A stretch of DNA of 64,000 nt from Podarcis melisellensis (lineage: Eukaryota), in NCBI GenBank assembly GCA_964234715.1, contig OZ174284.1; one strand, 5' to 3'. Numbering within the stretch: position 1 is the stretch's first letter; each line of letters begins with the position of its first letter. The translations under genes and the position numbers were made by a program. Shown piece after piece: positions 50,071 to 63,485 of this stretch. The notes beneath the pieces were generated by a model. That model saw only the letters and a list, made by a program, of their open reading frames with translations, made no database searches and was not told the DNA's origin.

Positions 50071-53000
50071 TATCGGCATGCCTAAGATATATGTGGCGAT
50101 AGGAATTGCATCTGCTGGCTTCAGAAAGAAACTTGATTCTCCATAAAGAAGTTGATTTTCCATGCAATTCCTAAGTGGGAAGGTGTATGTGTATTGGTGT
50201 CTCAGAGGCAACAGGTTGACTAAATGTAAGCTGTTACCTTACCTCCCACTTTTCCAGCAGTATCCCCCCACCCCGCTTCATTCAGGAAGAAGAGTTTAGC
50301 ATAGCAAACACACTGACTTATGGAGGTGTTGGCCATGATCTTGGAACAGGCATGCACAACATGTGACCCATCAAAACAAATGTAGCTTAGTAGCTACGTT
50401 TTATGGCAAGGGCTACTCAGTAGGGTGCAAGAGGGCATTGATTGTTCTTCTGACCGGTGTTTGTCGCATGCTACACTGTTTCTATTCTGCTGCCATTAGG
50501 CTTCTAAAAAGGCAATGTTGTTCATTTTCCTGTCCACTGGAGTGGAATTTTACTAGATTTATTAATTATGTTCTCATCACACACCTTTCCTTTCTATGAA
50601 AAGGAAATGCAACACTTATGGCGGTGCAGGGAAACCACCATCAATTATGCATGGTTTGAGGACTGAAAACAACTGTGAATACCAATCATAATTGGTCATA
50701 TTGATTTTCGTTCCAGACATGGGGAGAATAAGCAACTACAGACAATTTCTGTTTCTGTCTCCATCAGAATTGCCCAACATCCCTATGTCTGAGGGCTGCA
50801 TTCATACTTGGCCCATCTGCCTGTGGGCTACATTACAGTGCTGGGTATGGTCATCCCATACATGCACATACAGATCAGTAGGGGAGGGGGTTATTGCAAC
50901 ATCTCCACACATCATATGGTCAATCTGATTACTGGGGGAGGGTATTTGCAGTGTCTGTGTGTCTGCTATTGGTGCTAAAATTGGTGGGATCTGGATAGGT
51001 CAGAAAAATGTTCAGGCTGATAAACCGGGAGTTAGGTCCTCAGTTTTATGGCCTGCCAGTTGATTGACAAATCATGCTGTGCCACTTGACAGCAGAACCC
51101 TGTGGCTGACAATCTGCATTCAGCCTGGTGGCCCACAGGTTAATCGGACTTTTGTACATAGTGATATGTGCATTTCACTCACTAATTGACTTTTACTACA
51201 TTTATATACATTTATATACAAGGATTTGCTTAAGTTGTGAACGCAGTCTATGATCTATGTTCCCTTTACTGTATATCTTTTCTACTCCAGTTGTGTGTTT
51301 TAAACCTGGTGTGCAAGTCATTTTGGAAATCTTACTTTATCTCCCTCCTAAAGCAAACCACTTTAGGTATTGGTTAGAGATAAGCTCTTATTAAAGATTA
51401 AACCTCATCAGATAGTTTTGGGACATGATGATCCAATGAAAATGTTGTGCCTGCTTCCAATAATGCTGCTGTATTTATACAAGCATATTTGGTTAAGTGG
51501 TGGCTTGGCATGAGTTCATTTCTACTGTCTTACAAAGTTCTGGTGCTTATAAATAGACAGACAATGCGTAATTATAGTACTACAGGGGCTTCTGTATGTG
51601 AGAAGAAATGCAGTCATTTGCTAGGGATAATAATTGCTTTCATTTTCAACAGTGTTCCTCACTGTTATTTAGGAAGAAGTGATCGGCACAAGGATTGGAG
51701 AGCACCAAGACCAAAAAGAGAAATTGCACTTCTTCATTTGTAATTTTGAGCAGCTGAAGTCTTATCCATTCACTTTCAGTAAGTTCCATTTGTGTGATTT
51801 TTATTATATTATTCCAACTTTCTTTTGAAAAGATTCTGTATATAATACACAGTGTCTTTTTATGAATATTGGGAAATAATATGTTACAAAATTAATTTTC
51901 CTGGAAAGTATAACCTTATTTCATAGAAAATTACAGTGTGAAAATTATCTTATCTTCATCTTATTTAGCTTTGAATGCCACATTGAATGTCTAAATCAAA
52001 TTAGTTGTGATAACTATAATTATTGGACACATGTGTATTTCTTCGTGAATAGCAACAGGAGGAGCCTTTTAAAAAGTAAGTGCTGGCTCACACTTGCAGG
52101 TTATCCCAGCCACAGATAGGTCTGCCATAAGCATGTGGATATGCTGCTATATGACGTTAAGTGGCAACTTGACACAGGAAATAAATATCTGGTTGCTGAG
52201 ATTTCCTTAGTCACAGACATGCTGGAGAAATCCGTAAAGGGTTCATCCTGCCTGGAGTTCCCCAAGGGAACACCAGTAGACACAGGCTTAAAGAGAAAAA
52301 TTAGGCCTTTGTTAATACCAACGTACCTAGGGGTCAAACAACCCATTGGAACTGCTCTAGTACAAGTAGTTTTAGCTTCTGGAGTTGGCATGCCAAATGG
52401 GTCTTACCTCCCCACCCCACACCCCCAAAAGTAACACAGACACAGACACAGACAACTTTTAAGCTCTCTGCCTTGCTTACCAGATTGTAGGAGGCTCTCG
52501 TGAGATCTTGCAGGAGTTTCCGAATTCTTGCAAGAGCTTCCCACAGCCCATAAGCAAGATAGAGAGCTTAAAAGCTCTTTCCACAACAGGGAAACCCTCT
52601 GTAAAATGAGCTTTTAAGCTCACTGCCTTCTCTGTGTTTAATTTGTGAGATTTCATTTAGATGACCGTCAAGCGCATAAAGTTGAAACTGCATAAGTTAA
52701 ATGTGTAAGTTGTGAGATGTCTGTAATAGAGGCTTAATTTGCAGTGTTGCAGTATTTTTTATAATATGTTGCCCATTACTAACTGATTCATAAATCCATA
52801 ACAAAATATAAGCACATCTTAGATCCATTATTGGTATATGGATCACAGCATCTCTTTCAATGCCCCACAGGGTTAATCATGCCATAATTCTACAAAAGCA
52901 CAGAACCACCATCACCCAAGAATCTGATATCAGGGACATATATCTCCTCTCTCAGACACTCCATTGCCTCATTCTTCTGATATCTCTGGTATCACACTTT

Positions 53001-55428
53001 CATTCTATTTTCCTCCTCCCAGTCTCCTCTTTTCCTCCTTTTTCTTTCTTGCCCTCTCAGTTGATTTGCTTTCTTTTAGCAGCTCTGATGCCAAACTGGG
53101 CCTTGAGAAGCATATGAAGCTCAAAGAGGGACTGGGAGAGATAGTTGTGTTGTTCCTATTTTCTCTTTACCTCTGTGTGCCTTTCAGTGGAAGAAAAAGG
53201 AACCACATTTGCCATCTCAAGGCAAATGGATCTTTTATCTTTTAGTGGGGAGAATGGGGCTGAGGCATTGTGGGCACCAGGAGAAGTCCTCAAGGATGCA
53301 CAACAACCACAGGTACCACAATGGAGGCCCCTGCTCTTGAATATGCATTAGGGGTGGTCAAGAAGTTCTTAGCTTTTAGGGCAAACTAGATGTTGTGCTG
53401 GTCTGCCTGCACCACATACCAAAAGCCAGGGGTAGGTGTACAATTTGAAGGAGTGCACAATTCTCCTTATGCCCACTACTTGGCTGTCTGTAGTACCTTT
53501 CATTTGTGCCTGTTCTTTGAACTGCACTCTTTGTTTTGTATGTGATTGGTGGAAACTTGCATTTTAAAGAAAGATATTGGTCCGAAGTAGAGCGGAGATG
53601 AGCTTGGAGTTGGGCTGAAAACTTTAAAGCCCCCATCAAGTCAATATTTAAAGCATTTCAACTATTAATGTTGTCTGATATCGATTTATTTTACACTGTT
53701 GGCAGGCAAGGGAGTATGTGATGTGATGTCCTTCCAGCTGGCACACTTTACATTGAATTTTCAATCCTGTATGTTCCTGTACGCACTCCAGGGAGATTGA
53801 TTTGGGAGTTTGTTACAGACATCTCCTGGAGTGATCTGCACAGTATCTTGTACTCTCTAGGTGCAAAATACAATGATAACAGTAATAGGAAATAATGCAC
53901 CAACAGTCCTTGTCCCCACCCCCCACCCCCAAGAAAAATAATCAGGAAATTGAAATAATAAATGGCATTTAATCACGGGGGCAGGGTTTGACTTCAACCA
54001 GAGAGAAGAGGGTTATTACAACCATGTTTCATCTCCAAGGCTCCTGTTTTATTTTCTTGCTTGTTCTCTGACTAGTGTGATGCTTCACCTTTCTCTGTTA
54101 ACCTTGTTTCTTTTCTCCCTTGACTTTATCATGCATAAGCACTTATTCATGAAAATACTTCTCTTGAGCTCAAGGGTGCTAGCCAACAGGAGAATCTTAC
54201 CACACACTTTTGCTCATCCCTACATCTTTTTCATATCTCCAGTTCCTGAACCCTACTCTGGAGTATGGAGGCATTGGCAACAACGGTATACTGCCTTAAA
54301 CCACTACACAAAACCTTCCCAATTTTTGCTTATGTCTTTGTACTAATATTCAGGGAAATGTGTGTGTGTGTTTAATTGAAAGTATCCCTCGATTGCTGTT
54401 CAGATGTCATTGGAAAAAACTTGTTTCCTTATATCCTTGTTAGTGACAATGTCTGCATTTTCTCTTCTTTAAAAGGATAATTAGGTGGCAATGCAATTAA
54501 TCTATCACTTCTTTAAGGAGTCACTGACTTTTATCTGATTAATTGTTCACGATCTGAACAAAAATGATATTTTAAGGGTGGTTTGCAAATACTTTTTGAA
54601 AACAAAGGTATATACCATGTAGAAGATTTTTATATTCTGACCCAATCCACATTAGGTATTTCAAATAGTAATACAATGGGCAGTGTGTCAATTTGGGGTT
54701 GGTAGACTGGATTCAGACTAAAATATATATTTTATTTGAACAACTGAATTCATAGTGGTGGTGACACTATCTCTTCCTCCCGATGACTATACCTGTTTTG
54801 TCTTTGCTTTTCAATCATTCATTCTTCGTATCCTGTACAAGCAGAGTGCAATTATGTGTTATATTAATGTCTTTCCAGTCATGGAGGTGCAGTGATGGGG
54901 AAAGATTCAACAAGTTTTGAATGATTTCAGGTGCTGAAGCCACTTCTTTTTTGGCAGAGGGTGGAGAGGAGGCTGCAATTCCTGTTTACTATAATATTCT
55001 TGTTCTGGCATTCACCTTAGAAAAAATGCAGTGCTAGAGGTTTTTTAAAACTAGGACATTTTCTAATTGTTTCAGAAATTGATATTATTGTTCAGTGAGG
55101 CTTCCAGATAAATGTGAATAAGATTGCAGCCTAGATATTATAACTCTTAAGTCTGAAATGTAAAAAAAAGGAGGCATCTTTCATGGAATATTGATATAAT
55201 GCAGTCCAAGGCCAAGACTGGGCATTTAACCAATTGCTGAGAAAGTTGTCTTGTCCAAATAAAACTTGATGACTCCAAGGGATGCTAAGCATCTTGTTAA
55301 ACTGGCTGCAGTGCCATGATATTGGTTCCCCTTTAAACAATAAATTTCAGATTTTCTTGATTTAGCAACTGCAAATGTTTCTGTACTATATGGAGGATCT
55401 TGGTCTAATCCATTAGAACAGTTATAAC

Positions 55429-55665
55429 AGAAGAAGAAGAAGAGTTTGGATTTGATAAACCCGAAGGTGTCTCAAAGCAGCTAACATTCTCCTTTCCCTT
55501 CCTTCCTCACAACAAACACTCTGTGAGGTGAGTGGGGCTGAGAGACTTCAGAGAAGTGTGACTAGCCCAAGGTCACCCAGCAGCTGTATGTGGAGGAGCA
55601 GAGTCGCGAACCCGGTTCACCAGATTACGAGTCTACCACTCTTAACCACTACACCACACTGGCTC
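55429..55665 (-). mobile_element. Squam3-like tRNA-derived SINE
   Basis: On - strand: gagccagtgtggtgtagtggttaagagtgg...gggttcgcgactc head and (CTT)n tail. Confidence 0.82.
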
Positions 55666-56423
55666 ACAGTCTTCTATCTCCCTGCTCAATCAAAGCAGCA
55701 GATAATTCTTAAGTTATTTGATGTCCAGTGCCCAAGTCTTTTCCTTTAGTTGACCCATAGCTTCTCCCAGCAATTCCCAGTAACTCTCCTTTCTTTACCA
55801 GTGCTTAGCATTTATTTTCTCTCTACTCAGCACACACAAGACACCCCAGCCATTTCAGTTTGGATTGAATTCTGTCATCGCATCCCACCGATCAAAATCA
55901 GGACTCTCATTTTTTTTTTGTTCCAGGCTCTTGCATGAGAACAAAAATTGAGTGTTTTTTGGTTCAGCACTCTGGTGCATGCGGGCTGGACCAAAAAAGG
56001 GAACACTCTGGGATCCAATCAGAAGTTAGGGTGGCTTCTGTAAATCTAGGATGTTCCACTTAAATTGGGATGGTTGAACAAGACGCCACATTAGTTTGTG
56101 CTATTGTCCAATAGGATGAAGCAAGATGTCTACTGACTGAGTAATTTGAGTTTACCAGCTTCTGTTGCTGGTTTGGCAGATTGAAAGCATGACAGTTTAA
56201 CTGTCACTCAGGCCTGTTGCTGGCCCACCACTGATAAACCATCTCCACAACTCTCAGCAGATACTCATAGCCATTTAGAGGCACTATATTCAGTTATGTA
56301 TAAAACCCTTTAAACATTTAAAAATTTACCTCTTAAAAAAATATGATTTCACGACAAATAACATTGCAGTAATACTATAAAAATCCCTTTTTTTGAAAGT
56401 TAGTTTTATTTGTTTGTTTAGAG

Positions 56424-56559
56424 CAGTGTTTCCCAAACTTGTGTCTCCAGCTGTTTTTGGACTACAGTTCCCATCATCCCTGACCACTGGTCCTGCAAGC
56501 TAGGGATGGTGGGAGTTGTAGTCCAAAAACAGCTGGAGACACAAGTTTGGGAAACACTC
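56424..56559. mobile_element. Palindromic hAT MITE
   Basis: Near-perfect ~55-bp inverted arms; 8-bp flanks gtttagag/atttagag. Confidence 0.88.
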
Positions 56560-57804
56560 ATTTAGAGCATTAGTTCCTCCATTGTTCAGCAAAAAAGGCC
56601 CCCAGAGTGGCTTACATAAAATCAATTAAGCCAAGACAGAAATGAAAAGACATGGCACTAAGGGGAAAGAGACAGGGGGAGAGAAGAAAAAATAAAACTT
56701 GATTACTTGCATCATTGTTTTTATAATGACCAACTGGGACAGTTCAAATATAGGAGGTTGGACTAGGAATAGGCAGTATAAGACTTATGAGCCTATTGAG
56801 TCTGCTAACTTTTCCTTTGCTTGTGTAGGAATGACTTTTCTGTGGGCTAAATAGAGCAGTGGGTTTTTAGGAGCAATATGGACTAGATATGTGCTGTGTT
56901 TTGTTGCTTGCTCCTCATCTAATCCATGCTATTCTAACATTTTAAAATGCCAGATAATAGTTAACATATGAATAACAAAGGGTTAACATTAGGAAGCCGG
57001 GACTGAAAACTATGTTTGTATAGTCGACAAATGTGGTTTTCGTCGTGTCCTTGAAATATTTATCATGCTTTATTGACAACCTATTATTTTCCTGTCAGGT
57101 GCTTCAACATTTTAAGTACTTTTTGAGATCCTCTGGCAGGGTTGTCACAGAAGAAACAGTCTTCTTTTTTTTCAATTCACTTTTGGAACACATTAGACCT
57201 TGTTTTAAATTTGCTTCCCTTCAATAACTTGTCAAATGACTGCTTCATACAGCAATTACAAGTAAACTACAAGGTTCTTTGGAAGGAAGGGCAATCGTAG
57301 CATCAGCAGACTTTGTAGGGTTTCCTATGAGAATGGGAAGAAAATAATTTCTGAGTTTGTGTGCAAAATGCTTTAGGAGTTCATTTCTTCTTTTTTACCC
57401 AGTTTTTCCCCACAGGCCAGAGTTACATCTCACAATAAGCCAGGGCTTCCATCTTATTGCCATTTACTTTGAATAAGCAATGCTCTAAACACATGGCCTG
57501 ATTGCTCCTCCAAGGCAAGCAATAGGAAAAAAAACCTGTGAAGTTACAATTAAGCTTGGATTTTCATGACATCCAAATATGAGGTCCTGGTTTGTTGCTT
57601 CCAAACAAGACAGGGTTCCTAAGACATCACTAAAGTATGGCTTAAGGATGGTTAGTAATTCAGGCTTGTTAGGGAGAAACCAGCCAAGATCCCAAGTTGG
57701 GATGTCATGACAAGCAAAACATAGATGTGGTTTCCTGGTTTGTTTCTTCCATTTGCTCCAGGAGAGGAGTGAAGTGGGTGGGTTGGGGCTGTGGGTACTG
57801 GCAT

Positions 57805-58023
57805 ACGGTAAGGCTGCAATTTACACTCATTTAACTTGTGCACGTTCAGCTTTATACGCTTGGCGAAAATATTTCTAAAAATTAAAAACGGGGTGGAAAG
57901 GGGGAGGGTGTCTAGAAAAAAATAACTTTCCACCCACCATTGAATACAATGTGCTTTGATTATAAGTGATTTTGGCTTTGGGTACCCCAGATCGTAGCCC
58001 CCACATAAGTTGGGAGCTTACTG
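57805..58023. mobile_element. Old Tigger-like element remnant
   Basis: ta|cggtaaggctgcaa ... ttgggagcttactg|ta degenerate inverted ends. Confidence 0.4.
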
Positions 58024-59554
58024 TACTATTCACTCAATGTAAACCACAGTAAACTACCGATTGTGGCTTATTGCGACATGTGAACACAAGCGATTCTCTT
58101 AGTTTTAATAATACATGTTATATGGTTGTCAGTATACTTTATGCACATTTTCTCTGAAATTCTTACAATAAATTTATTCTGGTAAATCAACCAGGATATA
58201 TTATCCCTCGTATTAAGGGAGGAACTGATGCATAAGAGTTACCACCTAATAAATTTATGCTGATGTAGACTTTGAACCACAGATCTCCTGACTCACTACA
58301 CCACTTTTTATTATTGAAAAACATGTGTGAATGAAACAAAACTTACAACTCTTCATTAAAAAATGTATGTTTTTGAAATGGTAATGGTAGAATTCTATAT
58401 GAAGATATGCTGATGGGGGTTGGCGAGAACAAATGAAATAGAGATGAATGAACTTCCGTCCACTCATATTGTATCTATACTACTAATTGTAAACCTCATC
58501 CATGAATGATAAACATTTGTTTTATTGATAATTCTAAGTTGGCTCATAATGCTTTGGCAATTTGTTGTTAACAAAAGACAGCTGGACATATAAAAGGCCC
58601 CATTACCTCCAGTAGCTTAGGGCCTCATCAAACCTCAATCTGGCACTGCTCAGGGTCTGAGGTGGTGTACAACAGTATTAATATTTGTTTTGGTATTTTG
58701 GATCCAGATCTCTAGTTTAACTGTATTTGGGCATCACCACTTCTCCATATCTTTACCACAGCCATTTTACCATGAAAAATTTCAATTCCTAGTTTATAGT
58801 TACAGTACTATTTAAATTCTTGGAGGGTTTTTTTATCCACATTTGCAAACCTAGGCTAGTTTTAATCATTCCAGTTACAAAGCCATAATTGAAATAGATT
58901 TGCATTCCCCCTTCCCTTTGCTCCAGCTAAAAGTAAATAATTAGGGCATGACTGACTGCTTTTTTAGTTTACCTTTTTGTTAAAGTGGATAAAGGTTATT
59001 TTCATGTGCAGTCGTTGCTGGCTGATCACTCTGTTCCATGTCAGAGGAAGGCTTGAATAATCTCTTTGAAGGCAGCATTGAGGCAGAGAATTAGCATTCT
59101 TTCCAGCTGTACTCCACTGCACACAGGTTGGTTACTCGTTTGCCATTGCAGAGTTTTCATTAGATCAGCTGAAAAGATGCATGTCTCCCCCCTTGGAATA
59201 CAAAATTAGATGCGAAGAAAAGAAAACAGAGCCAACAAATAAGTGTGGGATAATGTGTATCAATTAACCATGAAAACATCTATATTGTAAATTTTCAAAA
59301 TGTGCATGCTGCTTTGTTTGCGAAAGCATTTTATAAATACGGGGGCTGCCCTGAACAAAGATTGGCTTGTAAAGTTAAGTTGCTATTTGGCTTATAAAAG
59401 GCACAGTAATTAAGAGAGTGTTAGAACTAAAAGGCATAGGTAAATTACTTAAACCCTGCACACTTCATTCTGTTGTAGAGGTATCTGATCATTGTATTTT
59501 GATTTAAAATAATAATAATATTGTGTGCATGTGGCAGAAGATCTTCAGATCTTC

Positions 59555-59640
59555 AGATCACCTCCAGACTGGATTATTGTAACTCACTCTATGTGGGGCT
59601 GCCCTTGAGACTGACCCAGAAACTCCAGTGGGTGCAGATT
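59555..59640 (+). mobile_element. L2 LINE ORF2 fragment
   Basis: Encodes ITSRLDYCNSLYVGLPLRLTQKLQWVQ, a canonical L2 motif. Confidence 0.75.
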
Positions 59641-60417
59641 TGTCATTTTAAATCTTTGCTTTGGTTATCTCACCAAAGGGTACTTGCCCCTAACTTGGAT
59701 CTTGGCATCCAGGAATTCTCCTAGATACAGTGTTTGTGTTTGCACCAACAACCTGGAGCAATGGTGGCAAGAAAGCAAGCGGAAAATTAGATTACATATC
59801 AACTTCTATAAGTGGTATAATTCAGTATAGCAGTTATGTTTAGGATGTAAGATAAACAGAATAACCTCTTTAAAATATCATAATTCATTCTGCCACATTT
59901 AGAATACTGTGTTTACTTTCCATGTCTAGGGATGCTGACAGCCATGCCAGAAACATGTATCTTAAATATAGCTATAATGTGCTTAGGCATATTATAAGCA
60001 TTTATAAACATGCATTTTGTCGACAGATGTTTGTGACATGAACTGATTTTTAGCTTTGTGCAACTGTTTCTATAACTTACATTCTGCAGTAGATCAAATT
60101 ATACTTTTATTACAAGATCGAGGAAAAAGGAGTTTGAGTATTACTTAAATCAATTACAGGGTTGGACCCAGAACTTTTGCAATAGGCAAGCAGAACTTTG
60201 AGGTAAAAGCAGTTAGTTTCACTGTTGTAGCAGAAGTGACTGTGCCTGAGTCCAACGAGTCAACAAAGATTTTAAACAGGATTCTCCATAATCTACATAA
60301 ACTACATAATCTAACCTGCAATATGGATCCCCATTTGACCTGTGAATTTGTTTTCCCCTAACAGCCACAAAATATCTATTTGCTAACATTTGCACACACA
60401 TTTTCTTGTGTTTGCAG

Positions 60418-60593
60418 GCAGTTTGAAAGTGGGGAAAAACATGAAGGCTCCCTAGAGCTCTTATGACAGCCAGGGAATTGATTTATCTTGGCTTAATTCT
60501 TTAATAGACACTTCCCGTCAAAATATGCTCTCCCGCTATCTTCTGGCCTTCAGCAGAGATATATAAGCTGGATCAACCTTACAGAAAATAAAG
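60418..60593 (+). other. Candidate non-coding exon
   Basis: Branch-like tgctaac, acceptor ttttcttgtgtttgcag|, donor AAG|GTATCT; stops in all three frames. Confidence 0.3.
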
Positions 60594-61015
60594 GTATCTT
60601 TAAGAGGTTTAATTAAATCAAAGTTTACTAATAAGCTTTGCAGAAATGGAGTTCCAAGTCTTCCTTTCTCATGCAAACTAGTTTCTTATTAAGCATTTAT
60701 CTAGTAGCAAATCCAAAAGGAGATATTTATTTAAATTTCTTCCATTTGATGCAAAATCAAAAGGTAATAAAGATGTGTAGCTTGTTTCCTGCACTGTGGT
60801 GTTAATAGCCATTAATATGAATTTTCTCTTCCTGTGCAGTGTTCTTAATCTCAGCCAATTTGGCAATGACTTTCTTTTGATAACTGTGAATATGAACAAG
60901 CATTGCTTAGGACTTGCAGCAGATTGAAATGCTATGCAACATCTAAACACATTGATAGGCCTGTTTCATAAACCTAACTAGGGGGAAATGTTTTTTTTTT
61001 TTTTCTTGCATACAG

Positions 61016-61139
61016 GCCAGATATCCAAAGCACATTTGTTAGAGTAAACATCATCCAATTGTGTTGTTGTGTTCAGCAATCCTGTTGAGTTTCCCATAGT
61101 AACCAAAACCTTTTCTTTGACCTGGTGATTCCTCCACAG
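61016..61139 (+). other. Candidate non-coding exon
   Basis: Branch-like cctaac, long poly-T tract, tacag| acceptor, donor CAG|GTTTGT. Confidence 0.3.
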
Positions 61140-61653
61140 GTTTGTAGTGTCAAAAGCAAATTCAAGTGGCTTGAGTTAACTGTGGGGTGTTTTTGTTTTT
61201 TAGTTTTGCTTCTTCTATTTGTGCATTTGCTTGCTTCAACTTTAATGAACCTGAAATTACAATATCTTTTTTTTAAATAAAAAACTCTGTTCTCTGTTAG
61301 TAATATAAGTTACAGTCTCCACTTTACCTATAAACATGTGTTTAAAAGGCCGGGGGGGGGGGGGATGAATGCATCTCACACTGGCTAACTACCTTGAGTA
61401 CAGTAAATTGGTTCATGGGTGCCATTGCAGTGACTAATTTTATAATTCAATAGCCGTAATCAGTTTGAGATCGAAAGGCTGCATTTCCTAAAATAATAGT
61501 TCAGGCAAATGCTTCCTGTAAATAATAATAATAATAATAATAATTTAATAATAATTTATTTATACCCTGCCTCCCCAGCCACTCTGGGCAGCTTCCATAA
61601 AATCACACTTTCACTTTCACGTGTTCTCAGATCTACCCAGTCAGTTTTCCATT

Positions 61654-62522
61654 TGCGTGGGCAGGCGGAGTCCCCAGACCCCGAGCGGTCCCCCCCCGTT
61701 ATGTGAAATAACGACTCAAGACAACGTGCTATGTGATTAAATTGGCCACAACTTTATTAAATTTCAAATGTGGGTAGACCTTGGCTCAGGCATTGGGCAT
61801 TCTCCCTCCCCAGTCCCCAGCCGGGGACCTAGGGAGCATCAGGGTTATCCAGTGTGGGGGGGGGGATGGGCCGGCTCTGGAGTATATATGTTCAAGAAGA
61901 GATAGCCGCCCCCGTTACGCCGCCGCTGCATGGGAGAGCAATGACGACCTTTCAGCGTATGGTCAAAGCCTCCCTTCAGAAACCCCTTTAACGGGGAACC
62001 CTGGTATCGCAGCTGCAAAGAGGAAGATGGACAAAAGGATTCCACCCAAGGCTCGATACCGCCAAAGTTGTGACGTTTTGCTACGGGAAAGGCGAAATCT
62101 GCCAATGCAGGGAAATTTCTTTCCAGTCCTTTAACAGCGACCTTAACGTAGCAGCGCCCGCCTACCTGTGAAGGAAAAGTTAACCTGCAAAACCTGTGAA
62201 GAAAAGTTAACCTGCGAAGTAAGACATTAACTGAGGGTGGGTAGGGTGGGAGAAGCTCTGGAGCCAAGTGAGGATTCCCAGGTAAGATCCTCCCTCTATG
62301 GTGTGGGCAGGTAATCCCTCCCCTACCTGGCCTGATCTCCTTGGCAACGCTTCCCCCAGGTGGGATTGGAGAACTGACTGGGATAGGCGGAGACCTCCAG
62401 GTATCCCACCTTAGGGAAGGCAAAGCCAAGCCTATGCTGATGGAGCCGCTCCAGATTCAGGGGCTGCGAACGTCCACGCAAAGGGCGCCCCCCCGTTTTA
62501 TGCGGGGAGCGGTCATTCCTCA
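61654..62522 (-). mobile_element. Solo LTR (Gypsy/ERV-like), ~870 bp
   Basis: TG...CA ends, flanks catt/cact; on - strand TATA-like tatata at ~61884-61889 then AATAAAGTTGTGGCC at ~61758-61744; CpG-rich; internal ~28-bp tandem duplication at 62164-62218. Confidence 0.7.
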
Positions 62523-63355
62523 CACTAGCCAGCCAGAATAGCCAGTGGATGGAGCTGTGTCTGAAATGCACAGAAGATGCATAGCCTCCAATTGCCACGA
62601 AAATTGCCAGGAGCTTCACAAAAACACTTAAAAGTATCATTTTGCCATGCGAATTCTGGAATTCCCTATTGTAAGCCTTTCCTTCCCCTCCCACTCAAAA
62701 AACAATCGAAATTCTCTCCACCTTTTCATCCATTGCTTCTTCCATCGCCTGGTCAGAGAAAGAGAGAAGCAGCAACCTACTTCGTGTTCTTGTTTGCACA
62801 CTCTTATGAGCTGCTCAGCAACATTGCACACAACAGGGAGTGTCTGCTTTGCATCCAAATTTCTTAGGTCCCTGCCCAGTTTATTTGCATTGCTGCCTTA
62901 CCTTTTGTTGCCAGTTTCATTTGGGGACCTGAAGTGCCACTGAGCCACTGCCACCTGTGCGTTTAGTGGGCGTTTCCTCTTTGGTGCCTGCTTTGAGAGA
63001 CATGCAGAGAGATCTGATCCTGGAGCTTGACTTTCTCTATGGCTTAAAATAAACAAGACTAGATTCCTAGAGAGGAAGGGGATTTGGAGAAATGGGGAAG
63101 GGGTCCTCTGGAGCAAACACACTTCCCTCCAAAGCCCCTTCCTTCCTGAATGTGGATGCAGAAAAGGCATTGATTTCTCCCATGAGCTGAACTAGTGGCG
63201 TCTCCCTGTTTTGTGCATTTGGGTGTCCTAGGGCAGCTGGGGGTGGGGGGAAGCCGAGGTTTGTGTGTCTGTGCAGCTGATCCACCCAGGATTCACCAAA
63301 GCACCAGGATTCTGCAATTGCTTACACATTCCTATTTTGCTCAAAAGTTTTAAAC

Positions 63356-63485
63356 CAGGCTTCCTCAACCTTCCAGGTGTTTTTGGCCTACAACTCCCAT
63401 GATCCCTAGCTAGCAGGACCAGTGGTCCGGGATGATGGGAATTGTAGTCTTAAAACATCTGGAAGGCCGAGGTTGAGGAAGCCTG
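63356..63485. mobile_element. Palindromic hAT MITE
   Basis: TIRs caggcttcctcaacct / aggttgaggaagcctg; perfect 8-bp TSD ttttaaac. Confidence 0.9.
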
